This document shows, piece by piece, positions 28,462-37,883 of a DNA stretch of 64,000 nt. The stretch is taken from IMG/VR virus record IMGVR_UViG_2883187667_000001, positions 22,140-86,139 of that record. One strand, written 5' to 3'. Source of the stretch: a virus (taxonomy: Duplodnaviria > Caudoviricetes). Both the position numbers and the translations under genes were made by a program. How positions within the stretch are numbered: the first letter of the stretch is position 1; every line of letters begins with the position of its first letter. The notes under the pieces were generated by a model. That model searched no databases. It was not told the DNA's origin and was given only the letters and a program-made list of their open reading frames with translations.

Positions 28462-29154
28462 ATGAGCTTGACTGAAATTTTACGCAGCGCCATGGCGCGC
28501 AGCAAAACGCTGGACAGTTGCAAGGAAGAAAAAACCGTCGACTCGGCGGACACGCCCGAGCTGGAAGGCGCGGACCAGTACACGTTGAACGACGTGGCGT
28601 TAAAAACGGCGGCAGCCATACAGCAGTGGTGCGAAACCGATGACCTGGATTCCGGGGAAACCTCCGCGAATCGCCTGATGGCGTTGATCGTGGGCATCGC
28701 CGATATCAATAAGGACGGCGACATCACTGATGATGAGGCCGATCTGCTGGATATGGCCCTGAACGCGGCGTGGGATTATCTCGCCTCGAAGGGGGCCGAC
28801 GAAGAAGACATCGGCGCGCTGCTGAACGATTGGGACGACGATGCCGCTGACCGCATCCGGGATCTGGTCACCAGCGCCTTGCCGGATGGCGATGACGCGG
28901 CTTCCGATGACCTGAACAGCTTCGTGTTCGGCGTCAGCCAGGAACCGGCGCTGGATGCCGTCTACAGAAACAAGGTAGCCATTCGCGGCGGTAAAAAGGT
29001 GCGCATACACAAGCGCATCTCAGGAACCGTGCATTTATCGGCCAAGCAAAAAGTGGCCGTGCGCAAAATGCTGATGAAAAGCCACTCTTCCACGGCGCAG
29101 ATGCACCGGATGAAGTCGGTGCGCGTCCGTGGGCAATTTGGGATGAAGGTTTAA
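28462..29154 (+). CDS. Acidic/basic bipartite virion protein (possible internal head or scaffold protein)
   Basis: Very acidic core, basic C-terminus after PALDA, carries putative protease motifs. Confidence 0.55.
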   Translation: MSLTEILRSAMARSKTLDSCKEEKTVDSADTPELEGADQYTLNDVALKTAAAIQQWCETDDLDSGETSANRLMALIVGIADINKDGDITDDEADLLDMALNAAWDYLASKGADEEDIGALLNDWDDDAADRIRDLVTSALPDGDDAASDDLNSFVFGVSQEPALDAVYRNKVAIRGGKKVRIHKRISGTVHLSAKQKVAVRKMLMKSHSSTAQMHRMKSVRVRGQFGMKV

Positions 29155-29157
29155 TGG

Positions 29158-29916
29158 ATGGTCCTTGGCGCGCTGTCATCGCTGTGGGGCGAATTATCGC
29201 CGCACCTGATCGCCAGTTTTTTTGAGGTTGATCGAAGCGGCGCGCGTATGGGCTCCGGCGCGGAGGTAAAAGCGCCGCTGACGGATTCGAATCTGGAGGC
29301 TACGCTTAACTGGCAAAGCCCGTTCGAGCAGGCCGGGCCTGAGTCAAAGGCTCCGGCTCTACTGGCCATGCTGCAATCCGGAGCCTTGCAGCCCATTATG
29401 GATGTAATGCTTGGAAAAGCTGCCAATGCAACCGGCATCGATGTGTCGGGAGCGCAACAGAAATCCAACGCCTTTCTTAAGCAATTCGACGGCAGAACCG
29501 GCATCACCAAGCTGAATTCCACACAGGTTTTTACCGGCATGCCGCCGGTAAAAATATCGGTCACCGCGCTATTTCGGGCATGGCGGGATGCTATTTCGGA
29601 AGTTGAGGCTCCAGTTGATCAGCTTTGGGATTGGGCGCTTCCGCAAGAGCTATCGAAAGACGGCGCTATCGTCGGTAGCCTGAAGGCGGCAAGCGGGGAA
29701 CAAAGCGCGCTGGATGCGTTACTGCCCTCGCACGCACCGACCATGATCGGCGTGACGTATAAGGGGCGGACCTATGCGCCGCTGGTAATCGAGTCAATCG
29801 GCTACCCCATAAGCTCGCCCATTTCATCAAGCGGCAATTATGTCGAGCTATCCGTACCCATGACGCTGTGCACGCTGACCGCGTGGGATCGAAACGACCG
29901 GAAAAAAACCCGTTAA
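29158..29916 (+). CDS. Baseplate/tail tube initiator-like protein
   Basis: WQSPFEQ...TQVFTGMPP...YAPLVIESI; tail operon context. Confidence 0.5.
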   Translation: MVLGALSSLWGELSPHLIASFFEVDRSGARMGSGAEVKAPLTDSNLEATLNWQSPFEQAGPESKAPALLAMLQSGALQPIMDVMLGKAANATGIDVSGAQQKSNAFLKQFDGRTGITKLNSTQVFTGMPPVKISVTALFRAWRDAISEVEAPVDQLWDWALPQELSKDGAIVGSLKAASGEQSALDALLPSHAPTMIGVTYKGRTYAPLVIESIGYPISSPISSSGNYVELSVPMTLCTLTAWDRNDRKKTR

Positions 29917-29932
29917 TTTATGTGAGAAACAC

Positions 29933-30718
29933 ATGATTTACATACCGCCACTCAGAACAAAACGCCTCACGGTACAGCTCAAGGAGCTGTCCATTATGGA
30001 TAGCATCGCGCTGGCCGGAATGCCTATCGCGCACGAGCAATCCAACATAACGCAGTTCCTGCGGCGCGCCACGGACAGCGCCAACGGCATCGATCCCGCC
30101 TTATGGACGGTTCAGGAGCGCCTATTGGCGGTTTGCCACTATATTGCCGCGGTAGCCGATGACGGCCCTGATTTTTCAGTCGGCGCTGCGGCGCATTATT
30201 CCGATTACCTGGATGGCGAAGTCGATATCACCGGCGATGGAAAACCGCTGCCGGCCGGTGAGCTGTCCGGCGATAACTGGTCCATCCGGCATCTGACCGG
30301 CTGGTCCGCCGAGGTCATCGAACGCCTGGAAGGGGAAATACCGGGTCTTTCTGCAAGAGCGCATTGGCTGTTGGGCGCCATGGCCGCGCAACTGGTGCGC
30401 GACTCGGAGGAAATCAACGATGAGTTTACCGATGAATGGCTGCTGGAGCGCATGCGGATCATGGCGGCGTTCCCGGAAAGTGACTTCATCGCGTTGAGCG
30501 CGATATTCATGGAGGGCAAGGCGACGCTGCATCACCTGATGCGCATCGAGTTCGGCGACGACGGCGGCATCGTGGTACTGCCGAAGGAGGGCGGCCTGTT
30601 ACCGCCCGCCCGATTTCGCCTATATTCCTGCCTCTCAACGTTCGCGCGCGGAATGGGCGGAAAACCTGACGAATCTGGCGATCAGCGTCAGTCTATTCTC
30701 TTCGACACCGCTGCATGA
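29933..30718 (+). CDS. Putative tail assembly chaperone
   Basis: Tail operon; overlapped by a start-less +1 frame ORF, as in G/GT-type chaperones. Confidence 0.45.
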   Translation: MIYIPPLRTKRLTVQLKELSIMDSIALAGMPIAHEQSNITQFLRRATDSANGIDPALWTVQERLLAVCHYIAAVADDGPDFSVGAAAHYSDYLDGEVDITGDGKPLPAGELSGDNWSIRHLTGWSAEVIERLEGEIPGLSARAHWLLGAMAAQLVRDSEEINDEFTDEWLLERMRIMAAFPESDFIALSAIFMEGKATLHHLMRIEFGDDGGIVVLPKEGGLLPPARFRLYSCLSTFARGMGGKPDESGDQRQSILFDTAA

Positions 30719-30890
30719 GGCGTTGCGGCTCACGAGCAACCAGGCATCCCACTTCTTTGAGTCCAAGGCATTTACCGACTATAGGAAAAATCGCGACGCC
30801 GAGATGAAAATACAGGTGGCGGTCGTTAACCGGCTGAATGACGTGGTCAAGTCGGTGGGCATACTGGCGAAGGTGATGAGTAAACGGTAA
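30540..30890 (+). CDS. Start-less open frame, candidate frameshift extension of 29933..30718
   Basis: Open from 30540 to TAA 30888-30890; reads ...EWAENLTNLAISVSLFSSTPLHEAL...VVKSVGILAKVMSKR*; fills the gap to the next gene. Confidence 0.45.
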   Translation, partial: CASSSATTAASWYCRRRAACYRPPDFAYIPASQRSRAEWAENLTNLAISVSLFSSTPLHEALRLTSNQASHFFESKAFTDYRKNRDAEMKIQVAVVNRLNDVVKSVGILAKVMSKR

Positions 30891-30895
30891 CGATA

Positions 30896-31333
30896 ATGGA
30901 AATGAACAATGTCGAAACAATGCTGGCCGGCGGCGCGGGCGGCATCACCGTAACCGGTTTTTTATTCTGGTCGGTGCGCCGCATGTTCCGGCAGTACTCG
31001 ACCGAGATCACAGAGAAGCGCAAGGACGAAGCCGAGGCGGCGCTTTTTACCAATCTGCGCGCGGAGATAACGCGCATGGGCGAGGATATTCTCAAAATCA
31101 AGGAAGCGCATCGGCAGGAAAAGCATGCGCTTGACCGGCGCATTGAGGCGCTGGAACATAAAGTAGCGACGCTAAACGGCCAGCGCAACCGCACAAAACA
31201 GATCGCGGTGGACGGATACCGCAGTTGCGCGAAAGGAAGCTGCCAGCATCAACCGGACACGCTGGGCAAGTTCAACCAGATCATCGACCACGGCGATCCT
31301 AATAAGGAGTGGGATTTTAAAACCGCTCCATAG
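30896..31333 (+). CDS. Membrane-anchored coiled-coil protein
   Basis: N-terminal TM (GGAGGITVTGFLFW) followed by a heptad-rich region. Confidence 0.6.
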   Translation: MEMNNVETMLAGGAGGITVTGFLFWSVRRMFRQYSTEITEKRKDEAEAALFTNLRAEITRMGEDILKIKEAHRQEKHALDRRIEALEHKVATLNGQRNRTKQIAVDGYRSCAKGSCQHQPDTLGKFNQIIDHGDPNKEWDFKTAP

Positions 31334-31408
31334 ATTGACAGTAATTGCAGAGTGCAGCAGAATAATTAGCCGTAACATAGCCGCCTCAGTCATTCTGGAG
31401 TAACCACC

Positions 31409-31681
31409 ATGTACCGCCTCGGCTGGCCTCTGTCCACATTTCTTGCATCACTCGGCATCCCGCTGCTGGTTAAAATTATTGTTTTTTATGACGATGAAGC
31501 GCATGTTTATGTTGCGACAAGTCCGGATGTAAAGGGGCTGGTCGTAGAATCCAGCGACTTTGAGGAACTCAAGCGCGAGATTACAGATTTGGTTCCCGAG
31601 CTGCTGTCGCTTAACCGGCCCAATCTACGCTCAAAACCCGCAACAGACCTGACGTTTACCCAGCATCTTTCCCATGCATGA
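31409..31681 (+). CDS. HicB-like antitoxin (DUF1902-type)
   Basis: YDDEAHVYVATSPDVKGLVVES...LVPELL; coupled to a hicA-like gene. Confidence 0.75.
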   Translation: MYRLGWPLSTFLASLGIPLLVKIIVFYDDEAHVYVATSPDVKGLVVESSDFEELKREITDLVPELLSLNRPNLRSKPATDLTFTQHLSHA

Positions 31682-31869
31682 ATGGCTACGAGAAGCAGGT
31701 TAAAGCGCTGCTGCTCCAAGCCGGTTGCAAACTGATACGCTCTGGAAAAGGATCGCACGAAATCTGGCAATGTCCAAATGGCGTGAATGTTACGGTAAAC
31801 CACGCCTGCAAATCCCGTCATACAGCAAACAGCATCTTACAGGCTGCGGGTATCAAGTTCAGATTTTGA
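31678..31869 (+). CDS. hicA: HicA-family toxin
   Basis: GKGSHEIW...VTV...SRHTANSILQAAGI. Confidence 0.85.
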   Translation: MNGYEKQVKALLLQAGCKLIRSGKGSHEIWQCPNGVNVTVNHACKSRHTANSILQAAGIKFRF

Positions 31870-31898
31870 GCCGCGTCCCTGCGGCTGGATTACCCGGT

Positions 31899-32582
31899 TC
31901 ACCAAGCCTTGCTCAACTCCTCCACGCAGAAGCGCCGCGCCTTTTCTCGGTACTGAGGCGACAGGTTCATGGTGCGCAAAAACGTCGCCATCAGCGCGGG
32001 CATGGTGGCGATGCCTTCGGATATCGAGGTCAGGCCCAAGGTGGACAGGTATTCGTCCACCAGCTCGCGCGTTAGCGGCTGGATGTTGCTCTGGCCGTTT
32101 TCGATGGTCAGCAGGTAGTGATTACGTCCGGCAGCCGAAGGGAGAACCCTACCCAGTAACCGCTCCCCTATTGTCTGGAGTATGCGCGCAGCGGCATACT
32201 GCACGCGCCTGATTGATCCCAACTCGATATCCCTGCAATGCGCCCATAGGGTTTCGTTTGGCAGCAGTATCAACTCAATCGCCATTTGGTCTTGCGGGCT
32301 GGCATTGCAGTAATGCTCGAATAGGGATTGTTTGAGGGATGCGTCCGGGGTTGCTTCCTGAGCGGGAATAAACTCACCTTCCAGCGGCAGCCGCGCAACC
32401 AGCGAGCAAACATCGGTAAACGACTCGGCGGGAACCTCTTTGTAACTGCATCCGAACTTGGACTTGATCGACGACCAGCACTTGATGGCGGCCTTGGCGT
32501 GTTTGTCTTGCGGAAGTTCGGCGACGCGGGATTTGACCAGCGCCTTGATGACGTCCTGCTGGTCTGGCGTCAGGCAGATCAA
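31899..32582 (-). pseudogene. 5'-truncated duplicate of the antirepressor gene
   Basis: Protein nearly identical to the C-terminal ~225 aa of 46220..47284; lacks the N-terminal domain and a good start. Confidence 0.8.
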
Positions 32583-32669
32583 ATTTCCCCCTCAGTCTTA
32601 TTGCTTCTTTTCTGACATTTACAATGCTAATCGGTTGAACTAAATAACCTCGAAGTTGATAACTCTCCA

Positions 32670-33026
32670 TTAATCCTCTTCTTTCTTCGCTCCCAACAAA
32701 TCCGCAAGTTTAGCAAGAGTTTCCGCGTCAAAACTCGATCTGGCAAAACCGGCGATTAACATCTGCTGCTGCGGGTCGCATCCTTCCAGCGACACGCTTT
32801 TGTTTGCCATATCCGCGTAAACCCCTAAATCTTTAACCATAACGCCGCGCTCTTCAAAAAACTGGGTGGTTTTTTTTACCCACTCTTCGGGAATTTTTTT
32901 TCTTCCGGTTTCCATGGCACTAAGAAAGGCCGGTGATACTTCGAGACTTTCAGCCATGGTGGACAAGGTTTCATGGGCATCCAGTCTGGCCTTTCTGACA
33001 GCTCTTCCAAAGTCAGTAAGCCTCAT
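32670..33026 (-). CDS. XRE-family HTH regulator
   Basis: TDFGRAVRKARLDAHETLSTMAESLEVSPAFLSAMETGRKKIP. Confidence 0.85.
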   Translation of the reverse strand: MRLTDFGRAVRKARLDAHETLSTMAESLEVSPAFLSAMETGRKKIPEEWVKKTTQFFEERGVMVKDLGVYADMANKSVSLEGCDPQQQMLIAGFARSSFDAETLAKLADLLGAKKEED

Positions 33027-33230
33027 TTTTTCAATCTCCCCTTTAGTTTGTTACACATTACGGATCAATCATGATCCTGAGACGCGATTATACCTATCCG
33101 CACAACAATTTCAACCGTTTTGGTTAAAATTTTTTAACATGCGGTTCTTCCTGTCAATCGTGAACCTTATACGCTCCCCCAACTATCAAAAACTAAGGTA
33201 GCCCGATATTGCACGCATACCATTCAAAAC

Positions 33231-33272
33231 CGGAAAACAGCGCAAAAACCGCCCTACCCCACACTCAAAACT
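33231..33272 (+). promoter_or_regulatory. Putative late promoter (CGGAAAAC-N28-AAAACT)
   Basis: 7-copy motif upstream of the endolysin. Confidence 0.65.
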
Positions 33273-33301
33273 ACCCCCTGATAACTACATCAGGTGGGCA
33301 T

Positions 33302-33832
33302 ATGACCAAACACAGACAGGTATGCGACGCTGCCGTCGCTATCATTAAAAAATTCGAGTCCCTGCATGACGGCGATCTGAGTCATGTCGGGCTACAGCCC
33401 AAAATGGACCCGATTGGCATCTGGACTGAGGGCTGGGGTCACGCGATGCGTGATCCGGCTACCGGTAAATTTCTCAAGGGTGCTGAAAACAAGGCAAAGG
33501 CCTACCGGTTGCACAGCATCAGCGACGAAGATCAGGCCAATGCTGTCCTGGACGAAGACTTGGCCGAGTTCTCCGATCACATTGCCACGCTGATCAAGGT
33601 TGATGTCAGTGACGACCAATTCGGCGCATTGGTCAGCTTTGCGTACAACGTGGGCTACGGCAAGGGTGGGTTGGGTGATTCAACGCTGCTCAAGTTGCTG
33701 AATGCCGGAAACTACATTGGCGCTGCCGACCAGTTTCCGCGCTGGAATAAATCCGGTGGCAAGGTACTTAACGGGCTTGTGAAAAGACGGGATTCCGAGC
33801 GTCTTCTGTTCCTGGATGGAACTTCTTCCTAA
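33302..33832 (+). CDS. Endolysin, GH24 lysozyme
   Basis: IKKFES...DPIGIWTEGWGH...QFGALVSFAYNVG...STLLKLLNAG...RWNKSGGKVLNGLVKRR. Confidence 0.92.
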   Translation: MTKHRQVCDAAVAIIKKFESLHDGDLSHVGLQPKMDPIGIWTEGWGHAMRDPATGKFLKGAENKAKAYRLHSISDEDQANAVLDEDLAEFSDHIATLIKVDVSDDQFGALVSFAYNVGYGKGGLGDSTLLKLLNAGNYIGAADQFPRWNKSGGKVLNGLVKRRDSERLLFLDGTSS

Positions 33833-33843
33833 GCGGGTACATC

Positions 33844-34104
33844 ATGAGCATTCTATTTTTCACGTTGATTGGGGCCTCCGGCCTCATTGCGCACTGGTGT
33901 AAACGCTGGCTGCGCGAACAAACCACGGCATCGCTGCTCGACTATTACCTGAAATACAACCGGCGCGCGACGGCGGCAACCGCCATTACATTTTCGGGCG
34001 CGCTATTCGGGTTTTTATCGAGCAGCCCCGAGCTTACGCCCGTAACGGCCTACGCCGTGTTTTTAACCGGTTACGGCATTGATTCTGCCATAAACGCTGA
34101 GTGA
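33844..34104 (+). CDS. Putative holin
   Basis: 86 aa with about three TM segments, next to the endolysin. Confidence 0.6.
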   Translation: MSILFFTLIGASGLIAHWCKRWLREQTTASLLDYYLKYNRRATAATAITFSGALFGFLSSSPELTPVTAYAVFLTGYGIDSAINAE

Positions 34105-34114
34105 GGCAGTAAAG

Positions 34115-34669
34115 ATGAATAAATACAAAACGATATCGATTGTGGTATTGTCCTTTATGCTGTTTGGCATGGCCATGGGGGTGAAGTCCGCATCGGCGGA
34201 TGACGCCGTGCCGCCAGTGCTCGTAGGCTTCTCGCGCGGCGAACCGTCGGCCAAGGACATTGTGTTGCAGGCCATCGCCGACGCGCAGGTATCGATCTAC
34301 ATGGCCGCGTACCAGTTTACCCAGGACGATATTGTCGGGGCTTTGCTGGGAGCGCAAAAGCGCGGCGTCAAGATCGCGGTTGTGCTGGATAAAACCCAGG
34401 CGCATGGCGCCGTGCAAGCCGAGCTTGTGAGATCGGGCATCGGTTGCGCAATCGACCACCGGCATAAGATCATGCATCACAAGTTTCTCGTGGTGGACAT
34501 GACATCCGTGGAAACCGGCAGCTTCAATTACTCCGAGTCCGCCGACAAGGCCAACGCCGAAAACGCGATCTATATTCGAGGCTCGCCCAGCCTCGCCGCG
34601 AAGTACAAAGCACAGTGGGAAGATGTGAACCGCAAGGCGCTGCTGTGCGGCGGAGTCCGCCCCATATAA
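34115..34669 (+). CDS. Secreted PLD-family nuclease (Nuc-like)
   Basis: Signal peptide; single HKD motif MHHKFLVVD...TGSFNYS...NAEN. Confidence 0.85.
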   Translation: MNKYKTISIVVLSFMLFGMAMGVKSASADDAVPPVLVGFSRGEPSAKDIVLQAIADAQVSIYMAAYQFTQDDIVGALLGAQKRGVKIAVVLDKTQAHGAVQAELVRSGIGCAIDHRHKIMHHKFLVVDMTSVETGSFNYSESADKANAENAIYIRGSPSLAAKYKAQWEDVNRKALLCGGVRPI

Positions 34670-34672
34670 AAC

Positions 34673-34713
34673 CGGAAAACCAAGCAAAAACCACGCTACC
34701 ATTGTTCAAAACT
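34673..34713 (+). promoter_or_regulatory. Putative late promoter (CGGAAAAC-N27-AAAACT)
   Basis: 7-copy motif upstream of the tube operon. Confidence 0.65.
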
Positions 34714-34747
34714 AAGCCCTTACGCAGCATGCATAAGGGCTTTTGTT

Positions 34748-35251
34748 ATGGCGATTTCATTATCCAGTTACATGAAGGGTTTCTTCGATCTAACCAAGGC
34801 GATCGGATTGAAGGCCATATCCAGCGATTTCGCGTTCGAGATCGCCGGTTTTGAGGGGACTTATTTGCTGGTGAAGCAAGCGCCGTGGCCGGAACTGACG
34901 CCACAGGGCGAGATCGAGGTTCCGACCGTTCTCGGGGGCATGGCCTATCAGCCGCAACAGGTGAAGTTTGCCGGACAAGGCCCAATCTCGATCATGGAAA
35001 CGCGCGCCGGTTCCGTCAATCAGTTGCTGGTTGGTCTGATTACCAAAAACCAGGGTGTTTTCGACGCGAAGATCTACGAAGGCACGCCCATGAAGTACAT
35101 CAAGGCGAAGTCGATTCGCGATTGTTTTATTCAGCTGGACGCCCCGGATCGTGACTGGGAGAACCGTTCGCAGGTGCTGACCTTTTCCGGAACGCTGTTC
35201 TTCCACTATTTCGGCGACGACATGGCCGGTAATTCGACAGATTACCGTTAA
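34748..35251 (+). CDS. Tail tube protein (P1 BplB-like)
   Basis: 167 aa, T4 gp19-like pattern FAFEIAG...LVKQAPWP...IEVP; head of a late operon. Confidence 0.6.
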   Translation: MAISLSSYMKGFFDLTKAIGLKAISSDFAFEIAGFEGTYLLVKQAPWPELTPQGEIEVPTVLGGMAYQPQQVKFAGQGPISIMETRAGSVNQLLVGLITKNQGVFDAKIYEGTPMKYIKAKSIRDCFIQLDAPDRDWENRSQVLTFSGTLFFHYFGDDMAGNSTDYR

Positions 35252-35259
35252 CACGCGTC

Positions 35260-35634
35260 ATGGCTTCTATTTCCGCGCTGTCGGCTAGATTTTCCAAAGA
35301 TGAGCGCCCTATCGGCATTGTTATCGACCCGGAAACGGTGCTGAGGCAAGCGCTGGCCGCGACGCGCATGTATGCAGGGTATGGGGTGCTGGAATGTGGG
35401 AACACCGGCGCTGAAATTACCGCCGATACCGATCTGAGCGATTCGGAGTGGGCGGTAATTCGTCCGCTGTTCCTTCTGTACGTCGAGCGCGAGTGCGCCA
35501 TCCATCAGGAAGCGTCAAGGGCGATGGGGCTGGAGACTTTTGGACGAATGTCGTCGGAAATCTCCGGGGATATCGCCCTGGCCGAGCAGAATCTTCCTGG
35601 GCAGGCGTTCTGCTATACGGTCATCACGGTATGA
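35260..35634 (+). CDS. Virion protein (possible head-tail adaptor)
   Basis: Helical 124 aa protein in the late operon. Confidence 0.5.
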   Translation: MASISALSARFSKDERPIGIVIDPETVLRQALAATRMYAGYGVLECGNTGAEITADTDLSDSEWAVIRPLFLLYVERECAIHQEASRAMGLETFGRMSSEISGDIALAEQNLPGQAFCYTVITV

Positions 35635-36527
35635 ATGTCACGCTGGAAAACGGCAAGCCTGTGCGCGGAGACCTGATCAAGTCGGTCATACTACGCTCGG
35701 ACGCCACGCCGATACCATCCACCGTCGAAGCCGAGATTAGAGTAGACGCGGACATGCGCAGGCAGTTGGCGGAGGGGAAAAGATTTTATGCGGGCAAGGA
35801 CGGCGACGCCTACCGCATCATAAACGACCCCTATTCGGCTGGCGGCTATTACCAGGGCGGTCACGACATGGGCGCGGTCAAGCTGATCGGCGTGCTGGAT
35901 TGCTGCCACGCGGTTTCGTTTGTCCGTTCGACGGCGATCATCAAGGAACGCGCCACGCTATCGCAAATCTACCGGGCCTGCGGCGCGACGATAAAGGCAG
36001 TTGACGCCGACTTTCCGGTGCCACGCTTCGTATGCCCAATAGGCCAACCGCCTACCTTCCCCATCGCGCTGGCCCTACAGGAAGCGGGCGGAATTGTGCG
36101 CTGGAAGAGCGGTAAGCTCCGGTATTTCCGGCTGGCGGACCTGTTTACCCAAAAGACGGTCATGTCCATCAGAAGCGAGTCTGCGGAAGATGTTGGCAGC
36201 GGGTTTTCCGAGCGCCCCGAGATACCCTGTTTTTATTCTGTCGACGATGCGGGTCAAATTATTTTCGGCAATAGGGACAAGGCTCGGACGGCGCGTTTCG
36301 TGCCGGGAAAAAATATCCAGCAACTGCGCAATATGACGCGCTGCTTGGTCAAAAGAAAAATTGCCCAGGTAGGTTTCACCCCGGCGATTGCAGCGGGCGA
36401 TTTAATCGACGTTGTGGGCGGCGCGCCGCTGGCGGTCGTGACCGCCGCCCATGTGTATCAGTCCGGCACGGATGGCAGCGGCAGCAATCAATACAGCAAA
36501 TTGTGGTTATCGAGTCTGGAGGGGTAA
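35631..36527 (+). CDS. Baseplate hub-like protein
   Basis: Directly precedes the spike and PAAR genes; ATGA coupled. Confidence 0.55.
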   Translation: MNVTLENGKPVRGDLIKSVILRSDATPIPSTVEAEIRVDADMRRQLAEGKRFYAGKDGDAYRIINDPYSAGGYYQGGHDMGAVKLIGVLDCCHAVSFVRSTAIIKERATLSQIYRACGATIKAVDADFPVPRFVCPIGQPPTFPIALALQEAGGIVRWKSGKLRYFRLADLFTQKTVMSIRSESAEDVGSGFSERPEIPCFYSVDDAGQIIFGNRDKARTARFVPGKNIQQLRNMTRCLVKRKIAQVGFTPAIAAGDLIDVVGGAPLAVVTAAHVYQSGTDGSGSNQYSKLWLSSLEG

Positions 36528-37046
36528 GTGGAAAAAGGAGCGCTCATTGGCCGGCAACCGGCAGTCGTGCACAGTTACGACCCGGATACCCGTACCTGTA
36601 TGGTAAAGATACCCGGCATCAGCGATGGCGGCGATACGCCGCTGGAGGCTGAAATAGAATATTCGCTGGGCGATAGATCGGCACAATCCGATGGTAAGAT
36701 TGCAACCGAGGTCGAGATACTTTCCGGCGATACCGTATGGGTTGATTTCATCGGCGGCGATTCGCGCTATCCGTTAATCACCGGCTACCGTAACCCGCGC
36801 GTCGGCAACGACAAGGAGACGCGGCGCTGGCATCACCTCAATATTGCTCTTGAAAGCGACAAGGATACGATCATCAAGGCGGGGGGCAATGTAACGGTGA
36901 TCTGCGAAAAGGATGTGTCGGTGCAGGCCAAGGGTGATATCAAGGGCAGCGCGCAGGGGTCAATATCCTGGGAGGCGCGGGGCGATATGTCGTTAACGGC
37001 GGGCGGCGCGATGAAAATCAACGGCGAAACAGTGGACTTAGGGTAA
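36528..37046 (+). CDS. Baseplate spike (gpV/gp5-like)
   Basis: OB-fold GDTVWVDFIGGDSRYPLITG plus beta-helix-like C-terminal repeats. Confidence 0.8.
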   Translation: MEKGALIGRQPAVVHSYDPDTRTCMVKIPGISDGGDTPLEAEIEYSLGDRSAQSDGKIATEVEILSGDTVWVDFIGGDSRYPLITGYRNPRVGNDKETRRWHHLNIALESDKDTIIKAGGNVTVICEKDVSVQAKGDIKGSAQGSISWEARGDMSLTAGGAMKINGETVDLG

Positions 37047-37309
37047 TGGCCGGTATAGCACGCGTAAACGTGGACAGCGCCGGCGGTGTGATTACCGGGG
37101 CGCTGGCACCAAAGGTGCGAGTAAACGGCGCGCCGATCGCGGTTGTCGGGGCGACGGTTGCGCCGCACGGACAGTATCAGCATGCGGCGCCGGTTATGGT
37201 TCAAGGATCTTCCAAAGTCCGCGCGGGCGGACTGCCGGTATGCCGCGCCGGAGATGAGGCTAGCTGCGGGCATGTGGCATCCGGTTCGGATACAGTTTCA
37301 GCAGCATAG
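37046..37309 (+). CDS. PAAR spike-tip protein
   Basis: GIARV...VNGAPIAVVG...GLPVCRAGDEASCGH. Confidence 0.9.
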   Translation: MAGIARVNVDSAGGVITGALAPKVRVNGAPIAVVGATVAPHGQYQHAAPVMVQGSSKVRAGGLPVCRAGDEASCGHVASGSDTVSAA

Positions 37310-37319
37310 GGAAAAACAG

Positions 37320-37820
37320 ATGAGCATCCAACACTTATTTTCATTCGCGGACTTATCGGTAAAGGACAAGGCGGCAAAGGCCGCGATGAAGTATTTCTCG
37401 CGCGCCGGCGCCAATGTCGCGCAGCAGGACGTTGACGGCAAAATCAAGCGGACGTCAGGTATCAACTACCGGGAAATGACTTTCACCTTCGATGATTCTC
37501 AAACTGTGGTAATGCGCATCAACGCGACGGGCGACGTATTCCAGGTACTCATCAACGGCGCGGTTACGCCGATCAAGAACCAAAGCGACCAGGTTGCGGC
37601 CATCGCCGAAATCGTGCAGAAGCTCAACGCCGGACGCATGAAGTTTCAGCAAAAGTTGGCCAAGGCGCAGGTGGCTATTCCGCCCGGCATCAAGACGGCG
37701 GCTCCGAGGATGCTGGAGGTACTCACGCAAAAGCGCGATGGGTTGAAATCCGCGATTCAGGCGGTCGTGGAGGAAATTGCCATCGTGACCGGATCGAACA
37801 CACAAGCGGCGGGCGAATAG
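37320..37820 (+). CDS. hdf: Hdf/DarA_N-like protein
   Basis: KRTSGINYREMTFTFDDSQTVVMRINATGDVFQVLING, similar to the DarA_N segment of 8923..12720. Confidence 0.65.
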   Translation: MSIQHLFSFADLSVKDKAAKAAMKYFSRAGANVAQQDVDGKIKRTSGINYREMTFTFDDSQTVVMRINATGDVFQVLINGAVTPIKNQSDQVAAIAEIVQKLNAGRMKFQQKLAKAQVAIPPGIKTAAPRMLEVLTQKRDGLKSAIQAVVEEIAIVTGSNTQAAGE

Positions 37821-37883
37821 ACTTGCGGCAAATTCGACAGGTAAACTCATCGGCGCTTACCCGCCCGCACTGATAAACCTAAC

